Of a stretch of DNA of 64,000 bases, positions 46,305 through 54,383 are shown piece after piece (positions within the stretch are counted from its first letter, which is position 1; every line of letters starts with the position of its first letter). The position numbers and the translations under genes are program-made. Below the pieces are notes generated by a model that worked only from the letters and a program-made list of their open reading frames with translations, was not told the origin of the DNA and did not search any database. The stretch is taken from NCBI GenBank assembly GCA_043809315.1, contig JAZDDX010000024.1, positions 1 to 64,000 on the forward strand. Reading direction: 5' to 3'. Origin of the DNA: Pseudomonadota bacterium (GTDB taxonomy: Bacteria; Bdellovibrionota_G; JALEGL01; DATDPG01).

Positions 46305-47248
46305 GTCTCCGCGGCAGGATCGCTCCGGCCTTTGATCTTCTCGGGGCGCTGGATCCGTTGGCTAAGATCATTCACAAACGGAGTCTCGCGATTCTGACGT
46401 ACCACCGCGTGGCCGTGCCGGGAACGCACAAGCACTTGAATGACCGCGTGATCAGCACGACCCCGGAAGAGTTCGACGAACAGATGCGGTGGATCTCGCG
46501 TATCGCATCTCCCATCGGTTTTGACGATCTGGCGCGGATCGAGAACGAAAAGGGGGAGATCCCCCCGCGCGCCGTCCTCGTCACGTTCGACGACGGGTAT
46601 TTGGACAACTACCTTCACGCCTTTCCGACGCTCCGCCGCTACCGGATTCCCGCCACGATTTTCCTGGTGACCGGTCTGGTCGGCTCCCAGGAACCGTTCT
46701 GGTGGGATCTCGTGACGTTCGTTCTCGAAAGATCAGGGGTTCAGGAAGTGGAGGCGCAGGGGGAGCTGGAACGTCTGAAGCACATGCGCGATGAAGAGCG
46801 GAAAGAGGCGGTTCGAAAATTATGTTCCGTGGCCGGCCTGGATGTCCGATCGCTTTCCCGTTCGATCCTGAACTGGGAGGAGATCTCGGAGATGGCTTCC
46901 GAGGGGGTGAGCTTCGGAGGTCACAGCGTGAATCACCCGATTCTCTCGAAACTGAATCAGGGAGAAGTGCGGAGCGAAGTCACGGAGTGCAAGCGGACGT
47001 TGGAAGAGAGGTTGGGACGACCGGTCCTAGCGTTCGCCTACCCAGTGGGGCGTGCGTTCTCGTTGAACGACGAGGTGGTGAAAGAGGTTCGAGAAGCGGG
47101 GTACCGCTACGCCGTGACAACCGAGGTGGGGGTGAACCGGAAGGGGGGATGGGATCCGTATCGGCTCCGGCGGATCGGAATCACGCTTCACGATTCGATC
47201 CCTCGTTTCAAAGCCAAGTTCGCCGCCCCCTGGTTTTTCGCGCGATAA
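46301..47248 (+). CDS. Polysaccharide deacetylase (CE4)
   Basis: LTYHRV, VTFDDGY, GGHSVNH, FAYPVG. Confidence 0.92.
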   Translation: MSLRGRIAPAFDLLGALDPLAKIIHKRSLAILTYHRVAVPGTHKHLNDRVISTTPEEFDEQMRWISRIASPIGFDDLARIENEKGEIPPRAVLVTFDDGYLDNYLHAFPTLRRYRIPATIFLVTGLVGSQEPFWWDLVTFVLERSGVQEVEAQGELERLKHMRDEERKEAVRKLCSVAGLDVRSLSRSILNWEEISEMASEGVSFGGHSVNHPILSKLNQGEVRSEVTECKRTLEERLGRPVLAFAYPVGRAFSLNDEVVKEVREAGYRYAVTTEVGVNRKGGWDPYRLRRIGITLHDSIPRFKAKFAAPWFFAR

Positions 47249-47288
47249 ACCCGGTCCAGAGGCGCCTTTCCGGGGGTCTTTTTTTTTG
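47249..47288 (+). terminator. Probable terminator of the EPS operon
   Basis: CCCGG...CCGGG imperfect hairpin followed by T9. Confidence 0.55.
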
Positions 47289-47387
47289 GCCGGAGGCATG
47301 CCTAAAGAGGCCACGGACGGGTCAAAAAAGATGCATTTATTAGCGCACTGTGCTATAAAAAGTCCGGCGAGTGGTAGGGGTTGAAGA

Positions 47388-48626
47388 ATGAATCATAAGG
47401 CATTAATAACATTGGCATTTGTTCTCTTACTAGCTTCGAATTGCTCCATCAGTTCAAGAACGAAATCGAGCGCTTCCAGTCAAGGGGGAACCTCCTCAAC
47501 CGAGGATTCGACGACCCCAACGCCGTTGCCGCCCGAGACACCGACGCCGTCCGAGACACCGACGCCGCCCGAGACACCGACGCCGCCCGAGACACCGACG
47601 CCGCTCCCGGCCGAAGTGGGAACCCCCGTGGCGGACGGTCCGTACACGCAGACAGAGCAGCCGACCGAGGGAAAGGTGGATGCTCTGTTCGTGTTGGATA
47701 GCTCGAGTTCGATGGTGCCGGCTCGGGAAAAGCTCTCCCAGGCTTTTTCCACGTTTGTCGGGGAGTTCTTGAATATCGGCAGCGTGAATGTGGCTTTCAT
47801 TCTGGCGTGGGGATCTTCAGCTCCGAACGGCGGGTACGAAGGGTCGGGACACCTCTACCGAATCGGAACGAATCCGTACGTCCTGAGTGCTCAGCTATCC
47901 AATTTGACAGAAATGGCGGACCTTCAGACCCAACTCGCCGCGACGCTGGCCTTGCCCCCTCCCGATCAGCCTGCGCCCAATCCGCAGGATAGCGGGGAGC
48001 TGGGGATGTACTCGGTGAAGCGTTTTTTCACGGATCCCTTGGTCACCGAAGCAAAGGGTCGCGGCTTCCTGAACGCAGGGGCGGCGTTGGTGGTGATCTT
48101 CTTGACCGATGAAAACGACATCTGCGCGATCTATCCCTCGGAGAGTTCCAAACCGCCCTGGATTCCCTCGGCCGAGAGGATTCTCCACGATACGTACTGC
48201 CCGGACGGGATTGCCGGCTCGGATCTGTTCGCCGCGGCGAAGGGGGTCAAAGGGGACGACCCGGTCCAGTTCGATGGTCTGGTCTATACCTCTCCCGTCT
48301 CGACCAATCTGTACGATTCGTGGGAGTGGGAAATGGGGTACGGATACCTGGACGTGATTGCAGCATCCAACGGGGTTTCCATGGATTTCGGTGCCGCAGA
48401 CTACCGGCCGGGTCTTCGGAACTTCGGGAATGCCATCAACTCGGCGGTCGCGAAGCTCCAGCGGAAATTCTTTTTGACCCGGAGCTTCGTCAACCCGCTC
48501 AGCATCAAAGTGAAGGTGGACGGCGTCGCCGTGACGTTCCAGTATCTGTCCGGGGAAAATGCGGTCCTGCTGGACTACGCGGGGCAAAACGGTTCGATCA
48601 TCGATATCGACTACCGGGTGTTGTAG
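47388..48626 (+). CDS. VWA-domain lipoprotein
   Basis: Lipobox-like ASNC, MIDAS motif LFVLDSSSSM, FLTDEND. Confidence 0.8.
   Translation: MNHKALITLAFVLLLASNCSISSRTKSSASSQGGTSSTEDSTTPTPLPPETPTPSETPTPPETPTPPETPTPLPAEVGTPVADGPYTQTEQPTEGKVDALFVLDSSSSMVPAREKLSQAFSTFVGEFLNIGSVNVAFILAWGSSAPNGGYEGSGHLYRIGTNPYVLSAQLSNLTEMADLQTQLAATLALPPPDQPAPNPQDSGELGMYSVKRFFTDPLVTEAKGRGFLNAGAALVVIFLTDENDICAIYPSESSKPPWIPSAERILHDTYCPDGIAGSDLFAAAKGVKGDDPVQFDGLVYTSPVSTNLYDSWEWEMGYGYLDVIAASNGVSMDFGAADYRPGLRNFGNAINSAVAKLQRKFFLTRSFVNPLSIKVKVDGVAVTFQYLSGENAVLLDYAGQNGSIIDIDYRVL
47533..47604 (+). repeat. 18-bp tandem repeat x4 encoding a PETPTP linker
   Basis: CCGAGACACCGACGCCGY x4. Confidence 0.9.
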
Positions 48627-49205
48627 ATTCGAAAAAACTCTCCATCGTGGTTCGTCTACATGATCGAGACCGATCGCCGGTTCCTGTACACCGGAATCAC
48701 CTCCGATCTCGAACGAAGACTCGCCCAGCACCGGAACGGGGAGGGGGCGAAGTTCTTTCGGACGCAGGCCCCCATGAAGATCGTCTACGTGGAGCGGTGT
48801 CCCTCCAAGGGGAACGCGTTACGGCGCGAGGCGGAAATCAAGCGGCTCTCACGGCAGGAAAAACAGAAGCTCACGAATGTTCGTGCTCCAAGATCCGTGT
48901 CGGACCTCGTTTACGCCTGGGTGAAACGGATTCCGCGAGGGCGCGTGATGACGTACGGTCAGATCTCAAACCTTTTGCACAAGAGGCTGTCGGCGCGGGC
49001 CGTCGGGTGGGCCATGCGCAACTCCCCGAAAGGGGTCCATTGGCATCGGGTCGTGAATGCATCGGGAGGCTGTTCCACCGACCGTCTTCCGGATGCGCCC
49101 GCAGGGCTTCAACGACACCTCCTGGAATCGGAGAGAATTGTGTTTCGGAGCGACGGGACGATCGACCTCGGAAAGTATCGTTGGGTTCCCAGAAAATTGG
49201 TATAG
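48627..49205 (+). CDS. GIY-YIG endonuclease fused to an alkyltransferase-like (ATL) domain
   Basis: WFVY...LYTGITSDLERRLAQH...GAKF, then IPRGRVMTYGQI...ARAVG...HWHRVV. Start uncertain (ATT 48627 or ATG 48660). Confidence 0.8.
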   Translation: MRKNSPSWFVYMIETDRRFLYTGITSDLERRLAQHRNGEGAKFFRTQAPMKIVYVERCPSKGNALRREAEIKRLSRQEKQKLTNVRAPRSVSDLVYAWVKRIPRGRVMTYGQISNLLHKRLSARAVGWAMRNSPKGVHWHRVVNASGGCSTDRLPDAPAGLQRHLLESERIVFRSDGTIDLGKYRWVPRKLV

Positions 49206-49233
49206 AAGCACCCGATTTTCACGGGAGGTTCGG

Positions 49234-49456
49234 ATGAAACGGTTCCGTCGGTTTCTTGCACTCGGTCTCGCGCTTCTGTCCGTCGCGCCGAACCTTCTCG
49301 GTGCCGAGCTGGGTTGGCTCAAGCCGGATGCTATCTCGATCAAAACTTACCTCCATTGAAGCCGGGAAGAAGCTGGGGGACGAGATCGCACGTCGGCTCC
49401 TGGCCGACGAGAAGTTCCAGAAGGAGCTCGCGAACTTTCGACCGGGTTCCAGGTAG
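49234..49456 (+). pseudogene. Internally deleted class A acid phosphatase (PhoN/PAP2-like) remnant
   Basis: RBS, signal peptide and WLKPDAISIKTYL joined out of frame to IEAGKKLGDEIARRLLADEKFQKELA. Confidence 0.5.
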
Positions 49457-49471
49457 GCCCCTCCTGTTCTT

Positions 49472-50512
49472 CTACCAAATCTCGTCTTTGAGGCGGAGAT
49501 ATTCGGCCCAGGCGGTGGACTCAAAATCAAAGAGGTTCTTTTGTTTTGAAAATGCGGTTTCGGCCTCCCGAAGCAAGACCTCCAGCCCGATCCGGTTGGG
49601 GGTACGCGGGGCGAGATATCGCCCAAAAAGAGTCGGATTCGAATGTCGGAGGTCGACGACGTATCTCGCCGTGTGGCGAAGAAAAAGTGGAAGGAGAATC
49701 ATCGGTCGATCTTTGGGGAACACCAGCTTCTCCCCGTACCGAGAAACGAGAGCACGCATCGTTTTGAGGTCGTTCGTATAGGCGTTCAGTTCATCCAAGA
49801 GGGAGAGAAGATTGATTTTCGGGTTGGAGAAATACATCTCCTGGGTCTCTTGGAGCTTTCTCGCGTGGATCGGATCGTTTGCGGCAAGGGGGGGGAGGGT
49901 TGGGATCGAAGCGGAAGGGAGGTCGGCTCCAAGATCGAAGCAAAGCGTGTTGCGATGGGGTGCGAAGAAGAGGCAGGAGTTTCGGCGAAGGGCGTGTGTC
50001 AGTTCGTGAACGGCGTAGGGAAGGAATTCCAGGTCGAGATCTCCCTTGGGTTTTCGGCAGCGGATCCAGCGGAGGGGGCCGATGTCGAGATCGTTCCAGG
50101 CCCAGGGGCGGGTTTTTCGAAATTCTTCGAAGACCGTCTTTGCTGTGGGTTCGGCCAGGGTGTGGATTGTTTTCGTAGCTTCCAGGAGGCAGGGGCCATC
50201 GTCTGCCGACGGCTGTACCCGGTCGCCGATCATGAACGCGGACGGTGCGCTCGCATGGAGGGGGTCGCGATAGATGACCACCTCCATTGTCTGGTTCAGG
50301 AGAAAGACGGCTTTCCAGCAGTGGTTTTCTTGAAGCAAGGCCGGAGCCTCTTTCATTCCTTCCGAAAAGTGGGTGAGAAAGTCGCGGACGGCCGCAAGCT
50401 CGTGGTCGATTTCTTGTTGGGAGAGACAGTGTTGTGCGGACGGTGGTGGCGCGGGACGAGACGGAACGCAGGCGGAGAGCAAGCAGGCGACCAGAATGGA
50501 TTCGCGCTTCAT
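49472..50512 (-). CDS. Lipoprotein with a gluzincin-like HExxH motif
   Basis: LSAC lipobox; AVHELTH...DELNAY; 16 bp downstream of the last Rhs cassette. Confidence 0.7.
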   Translation of the reverse strand: MKRESILVACLLSACVPSRPAPPPSAQHCLSQQEIDHELAAVRDFLTHFSEGMKEAPALLQENHCWKAVFLLNQTMEVVIYRDPLHASAPSAFMIGDRVQPSADDGPCLLEATKTIHTLAEPTAKTVFEEFRKTRPWAWNDLDIGPLRWIRCRKPKGDLDLEFLPYAVHELTHALRRNSCLFFAPHRNTLCFDLGADLPSASIPTLPPLAANDPIHARKLQETQEMYFSNPKINLLSLLDELNAYTNDLKTMRALVSRYGEKLVFPKDRPMILLPLFLRHTARYVVDLRHSNPTLFGRYLAPRTPNRIGLEVLLREAETAFSKQKNLFDFESTAWAEYLRLKDEIW

Positions 50513-50528
50513 TCTCGATTGTCCACGA

Positions 50529-51773
50529 CTACGGGTAATATTTCTTGATGAATTCCTGGGGTGACAGGGGCTTGCCGACTTGCATCCACATGTGTTCGCC
50601 TCCGCCGAAAAACGTGTTCAAGGAGGCTTTGACGGCGTCGAGATTTCCAGCCGTGAGCGGTGCGGAATAAAATGGCTTCCCCCTGTAGATCTGCACTCCC
50701 ACGGGGGCGATGATCGGTGTGTTGTTAAGCGCCTTATCAAAGAACTCCGTCTCGTGGGTCATCATCATAGGGAGTACTTTAACCTCCCTCTTCCACGTTC
50801 CCATTCTTTCGACCGCGCCCTTCATCTCGGCGACTTTCTCCAGCACATCCTGTTTTGCTCCGACCCAATTGATCGGCGTCTTCTCGACGATCGACGCTTC
50901 CCTCACTCCAGCCCTTTCGAAATGACTCAGGATCCTGCTAGCCGCTTGCCCGGTGGCACCATAAAGAGGATTCGTAGCGCCCATGGCCAGGTTCATGTTC
51001 GCGCGGAACTTCGGATCCACGGCCATGCGTGTGGCAAAATCGACCGACATCTCTTCTACGATGGTCGGTGCCTTTGCTTCAACCGTCACGCCCGGGAGTT
51101 CGATCGGGTTACAATCCGTGCCTTTCGGACATGGTTGAGCGACATACGTCGACGCGGCGGCGGTTGAGAACGACCACGTCGGGTCGCTCTGCATCCCGCT
51201 CACATCCGTGTTGTTGATTGGATCGTTGTCGGCGTAGGCGTAGTGATTGAGCTTTACAATCTCCTTTCCTGGCGTGATCGGATCGGGGGAGATGAAGCGC
51301 GAAAGCGCAGGATCGTAATACCTTGCGTGGAGATAAAAAAGACCGGTCGACGAATCTTGCCTCTGTCCCGTGTAGCTCAGCGATTCGGCATAGCTTCCCG
51401 TTTTGGAAAGTGGTTCGCCATACGGCTTGTAAGTCGTCGTTAGCGCTGGCGATCCATCGGGTTTAGAGACGAGATGGATTGAGTCTTGGTAATCGGGATG
51501 GAGCCAAACCTTGTCGTACGTCGCGACGGTTTGTTGAGTACAAGTGGTCTGTGTGCCGCCGGGAGCCGCGGCTTTGGTTGTCCACTTCCTGCTGATCGTG
51601 CCGGGGGTCGTTGTGGATGTGGAGCAGACGGTCTGGGTGGTGGTGTTGGCGACGACCTCTTGAAGAGGTCCGGTCGGCCCCATCACGTAGATCGTGGCGG
51701 CGGCGTAAGCAGCCGAAGCGGAAAACGTCAGTCCCATCAGAAACGAAAAAAGGATTCTTGATTTCATGGCCAT
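50529..51773 (-). CDS. Signal peptide + Rhs core + unknown C-terminal cargo (cassette 3)
   Basis: HPDYQDS...YKPYG...YTGQRQD..TGLFYLHARYYDP...RFISPDP...DPINNTDVSGM. Confidence 0.9.
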   Translation of the reverse strand: MAMKSRILFSFLMGLTFSASAAYAAATIYVMGPTGPLQEVVANTTTQTVCSTSTTTPGTISRKWTTKAAAPGGTQTTCTQQTVATYDKVWLHPDYQDSIHLVSKPDGSPALTTTYKPYGEPLSKTGSYAESLSYTGQRQDSSTGLFYLHARYYDPALSRFISPDPITPGKEIVKLNHYAYADNDPINNTDVSGMQSDPTWSFSTAAASTYVAQPCPKGTDCNPIELPGVTVEAKAPTIVEEMSVDFATRMAVDPKFRANMNLAMGATNPLYGATGQAASRILSHFERAGVREASIVEKTPINWVGAKQDVLEKVAEMKGAVERMGTWKREVKVLPMMMTHETEFFDKALNNTPIIAPVGVQIYRGKPFYSAPLTAGNLDAVKASLNTFFGGGEHMWMQVGKPLSPQEFIKKYYP

Positions 51774-51809
51774 TCTTTTTGAATTCGTATTATGTCCCCG
51801 GCAGCAGCA

Positions 51810-53057
51810 TCACCATTTGCCAAGCTTGGAACGCTCCCCTACTTTCAAGACGTCCGACCAAAAGGGTGCCACCGGGTATTCCGCCTGGACACCTCCCGGA
51901 ACCTTCAGACTGAATATGGCCTCTTTCACCTCCTGCCCTCCAATACGTACGTTGGTCCAATCCATCCAGTATGTGTTCCCCGTTTTGGAGGACCAGAGCT
52001 CAAGAATGGCGTGCCCTATCTCTTTCTCAGTATTTGCTGCTGCGTGGACGGTAGGGAGATATCCTTTCGTAGCAGCTCTGGCGCCGGCCTTTATGCAAAA
52101 ATGGCGACATACGCCGCCCGCCTCCTTCACCTCCCTTGTAGCTCGGGCGGCAATCTTGCTCAGTTCGTTCACTTCCGGCAATGCTTTACTCAGATAAACG
52201 GCCCCTTCTCCCTCCGGCAGAACGGCCAACGAAGCAATCGTTCCGATTACCTCGAATTTGGTCCACTGCCTGGCGTTCATCTCTCTTTCGTAGAGATTCT
52301 TTGCATCGAAAGGACCGGGAGCTTGCGGCGCCGCACCCTGTTTCAGTTCAGGCGTTATCGAGCTCCTTGCAAGATAACCCATCCCTCCTGCGGCCTTTAT
52401 CTCCAACAACTGCTGTGGAGTTAACCCGCCAACACCGGTAGACGAGGCAACAGCCGTCGATTGCATCCCGTTTACGTCTGTGTTGTTGACCGGATCGTTG
52501 TCGGCGTAGGCGTAGTGGTTCAGTTTGACGATCTCTTTTCCCGGCGTGATCGGGTCGGGAGAGATGAATCTCGAAAGCGCGGGATCGTAATACCTTGCGT
52601 GAAGATAAAAGAGGCCGGTCGAGGAATCTTGCCTCTGTCCGGTGTAGCTCAGCGACTCTATATGGCTTCCTGTTTTCGAAAGTGGTTCGCCATACGGCTT
52701 GTAAATCGTCGTTAGCGCTGGCGATCCATCGGGTTTGGTAACGAGATGGATGGAGCCTTGATAGTCGGGATGGAGCCAAACCTTGTCGTACGTCGTGACG
52801 GTTTGCTGGGTGCAGGTTTGGGTGCCCGTGGTGCCGCCCGCAGATGCAGCCGCTTTGGTCTTTATCTTATTGAGCGCGATCGTTCCGGACGCGGTCCCGG
52901 AACTCGTGCAGACGGTTTGAGTCGTGGCGTTGGCGACGACCTCTTGAAGAGGTCCCGTCGGTCCCATCACGTAGATCGTTGCAGCAGCATGGGAAAGGGT
53001 GTGGAAGAAGAGAATTGCGGCCCAAACAGGAAACTTGTTTCGATAATTCGTTTTCAT
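51810..53057 (-). CDS. Signal peptide + Rhs core + transglutaminase/papain-like cargo (cassette 2)
   Basis: Same core; cargo GGVCRHF...GHA...WMD. Confidence 0.9.
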   Translation of the reverse strand: MKTNYRNKFPVWAAILFFHTLSHAAATIYVMGPTGPLQEVVANATTQTVCTSSGTASGTIALNKIKTKAAASAGGTTGTQTCTQQTVTTYDKVWLHPDYQGSIHLVTKPDGSPALTTIYKPYGEPLSKTGSHIESLSYTGQRQDSSTGLFYLHARYYDPALSRFISPDPITPGKEIVKLNHYAYADNDPVNNTDVNGMQSTAVASSTGVGGLTPQQLLEIKAAGGMGYLARSSITPELKQGAAPQAPGPFDAKNLYEREMNARQWTKFEVIGTIASLAVLPEGEGAVYLSKALPEVNELSKIAARATREVKEAGGVCRHFCIKAGARAATKGYLPTVHAAANTEKEIGHAILELWSSKTGNTYWMDWTNVRIGGQEVKEAIFSLKVPGGVQAEYPVAPFWSDVLKVGERSKLGKW

Positions 53058-53082
53058 AAATTACGGATGGTGTCCCCCGAAA

Positions 53083-54375
53083 TCATTTTCTCGCCATCGC
53101 ACAGTAAAAGAGGCAGCCGATTCCAAAATTCAAAGCGGTTCCGGCGGTCGTGAGAATGTTCTTGTCGATTCCAGTGTTTTGGGAGATGCGAGCAATGTCG
53201 CTCGTCGAACCCTGTGAATTGATCACGTAGTTCAGGAGGGATGCCCCCACGGACAGACCGGCCAACGCTCCCATCGCGTTACCAAATGTCGTATTCTTGG
53301 AGCCAAAATCCAACGATCCGCTTCGAGCGAGGGCAGTCAGCCCCAGGAGTTTTCCGGTGTCGACTGCATAGGGAGCGGCGAGCATGGCTGTGTGTTTCCA
53401 CCCCTCGAGGGCTTTCTCGCCGGTGAACATTCCGGCGGCGCCGGACTCGGGATTGAACTCGATCTTCTCGTACCCGCCCCCCAAAACGAGGCTGGCCAGA
53501 GCGTGGGACCCCTCGTGAACCGCCGTGTCCAGATACTCGAGCCCGGGGGTTTCATTCATTATTACGTACGGCACCGCCGGAGCCGTGGCTAAAGGTGTCA
53601 TGAGATTCCCTAGAGCAGCGACAGTGGGTCCGGGGAACAGCGGGCTCGTAAAAAGAGCTTTCGGGCTGTCGAAGGTGAGCTGAATTCCCAGGACTACCCC
53701 TCGTTCTCGGTTCGTGCCGACAGAAAAGTCCAACGTCGTCCGGCCTAGGTCTGAGGAGGGATCCTTCTTCTCTTCCCCTTGCATTCCGCTCACGTCCGTC
53801 TTGTTGACCGGATCGTTGTCGGCGTAGGCGTAGTGGTTGAGTTTGACGATCTCTTTTCCCGGCGTGATCGGATCGGGAGAGATGAATCTCGAAAGCGCAG
53901 GATCGTAGTATCTCGCGTGGAGATAAAAGAGCCCAGTGGACGAATCTTGCCTCTGTCCCGTGTAGCTCAGAGATTCGGCATAGCCTCCCGTTTTGGAGAG
54001 CGGTTCGCCATACGGCTTGTAAGTCGTCGTTAGCGCAGGCGATCCATCGGGTTTGGTAACGAGATGGACCGAGCCTTGGTAGTCGGGATGGAGCCAGACC
54101 TTGTCGTACGTCGTGGTGGTTTGTTGGGTGCAGGTCTGGGTGCTCGTGGTGCCGCCCGCCGATGCAACCGCTTTGGCTTTCATCTTATTGAGAGCGAGCG
54201 TTCCGGACGCGGTCCCGGAACTCGTGCAGACGGTTTGAGTCGTGGCGTTGGCGAAGACCTCTTGCAGAGGTCCCGTGGGCCCCATGACGTAGATCGTTGG
54301 CGAGGCGTAAGCAGCCGAAGCTGAAAACGTCAGCCCGACCAGGAACGGAAGAAAGGTTCTCGGTTTCTTGGCCAT
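53083..54375 (-). CDS. Signal peptide + Rhs core + M50-like metallopeptidase cargo (cassette 1)
   Basis: GAGGGAG RBS before ATG 54375; same core; cargo VHEGSH...AAPY...SD. Confidence 0.9.
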   Translation of the reverse strand: MAKKPRTFLPFLVGLTFSASAAYASPTIYVMGPTGPLQEVFANATTQTVCTSSGTASGTLALNKMKAKAVASAGGTTSTQTCTQQTTTTYDKVWLHPDYQGSVHLVTKPDGSPALTTTYKPYGEPLSKTGGYAESLSYTGQRQDSSTGLFYLHARYYDPALSRFISPDPITPGKEIVKLNHYAYADNDPVNKTDVSGMQGEEKKDPSSDLGRTTLDFSVGTNRERGVVLGIQLTFDSPKALFTSPLFPGPTVAALGNLMTPLATAPAVPYVIMNETPGLEYLDTAVHEGSHALASLVLGGGYEKIEFNPESGAAGMFTGEKALEGWKHTAMLAAPYAVDTGKLLGLTALARSGSLDFGSKNTTFGNAMGALAGLSVGASLLNYVINSQGSTSDIARISQNTGIDKNILTTAGTALNFGIGCLFYCAMARK

Positions 54376-54383
54376 TCTCCCTC

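Noticed and set aside
47533-47604. CRISPR-like repeat array
   Set aside because: Contiguous 18-bp units with no spacers, encoding a Pro/Thr linker; no cas genes in the window.
50529-54375. Diversity-generating retroelement or shufflon explanation for the repeated cores
   Set aside because: No reverse transcriptase or invertase nearby, all copies are co-oriented intact genes, and the differences are not adenine-specific.
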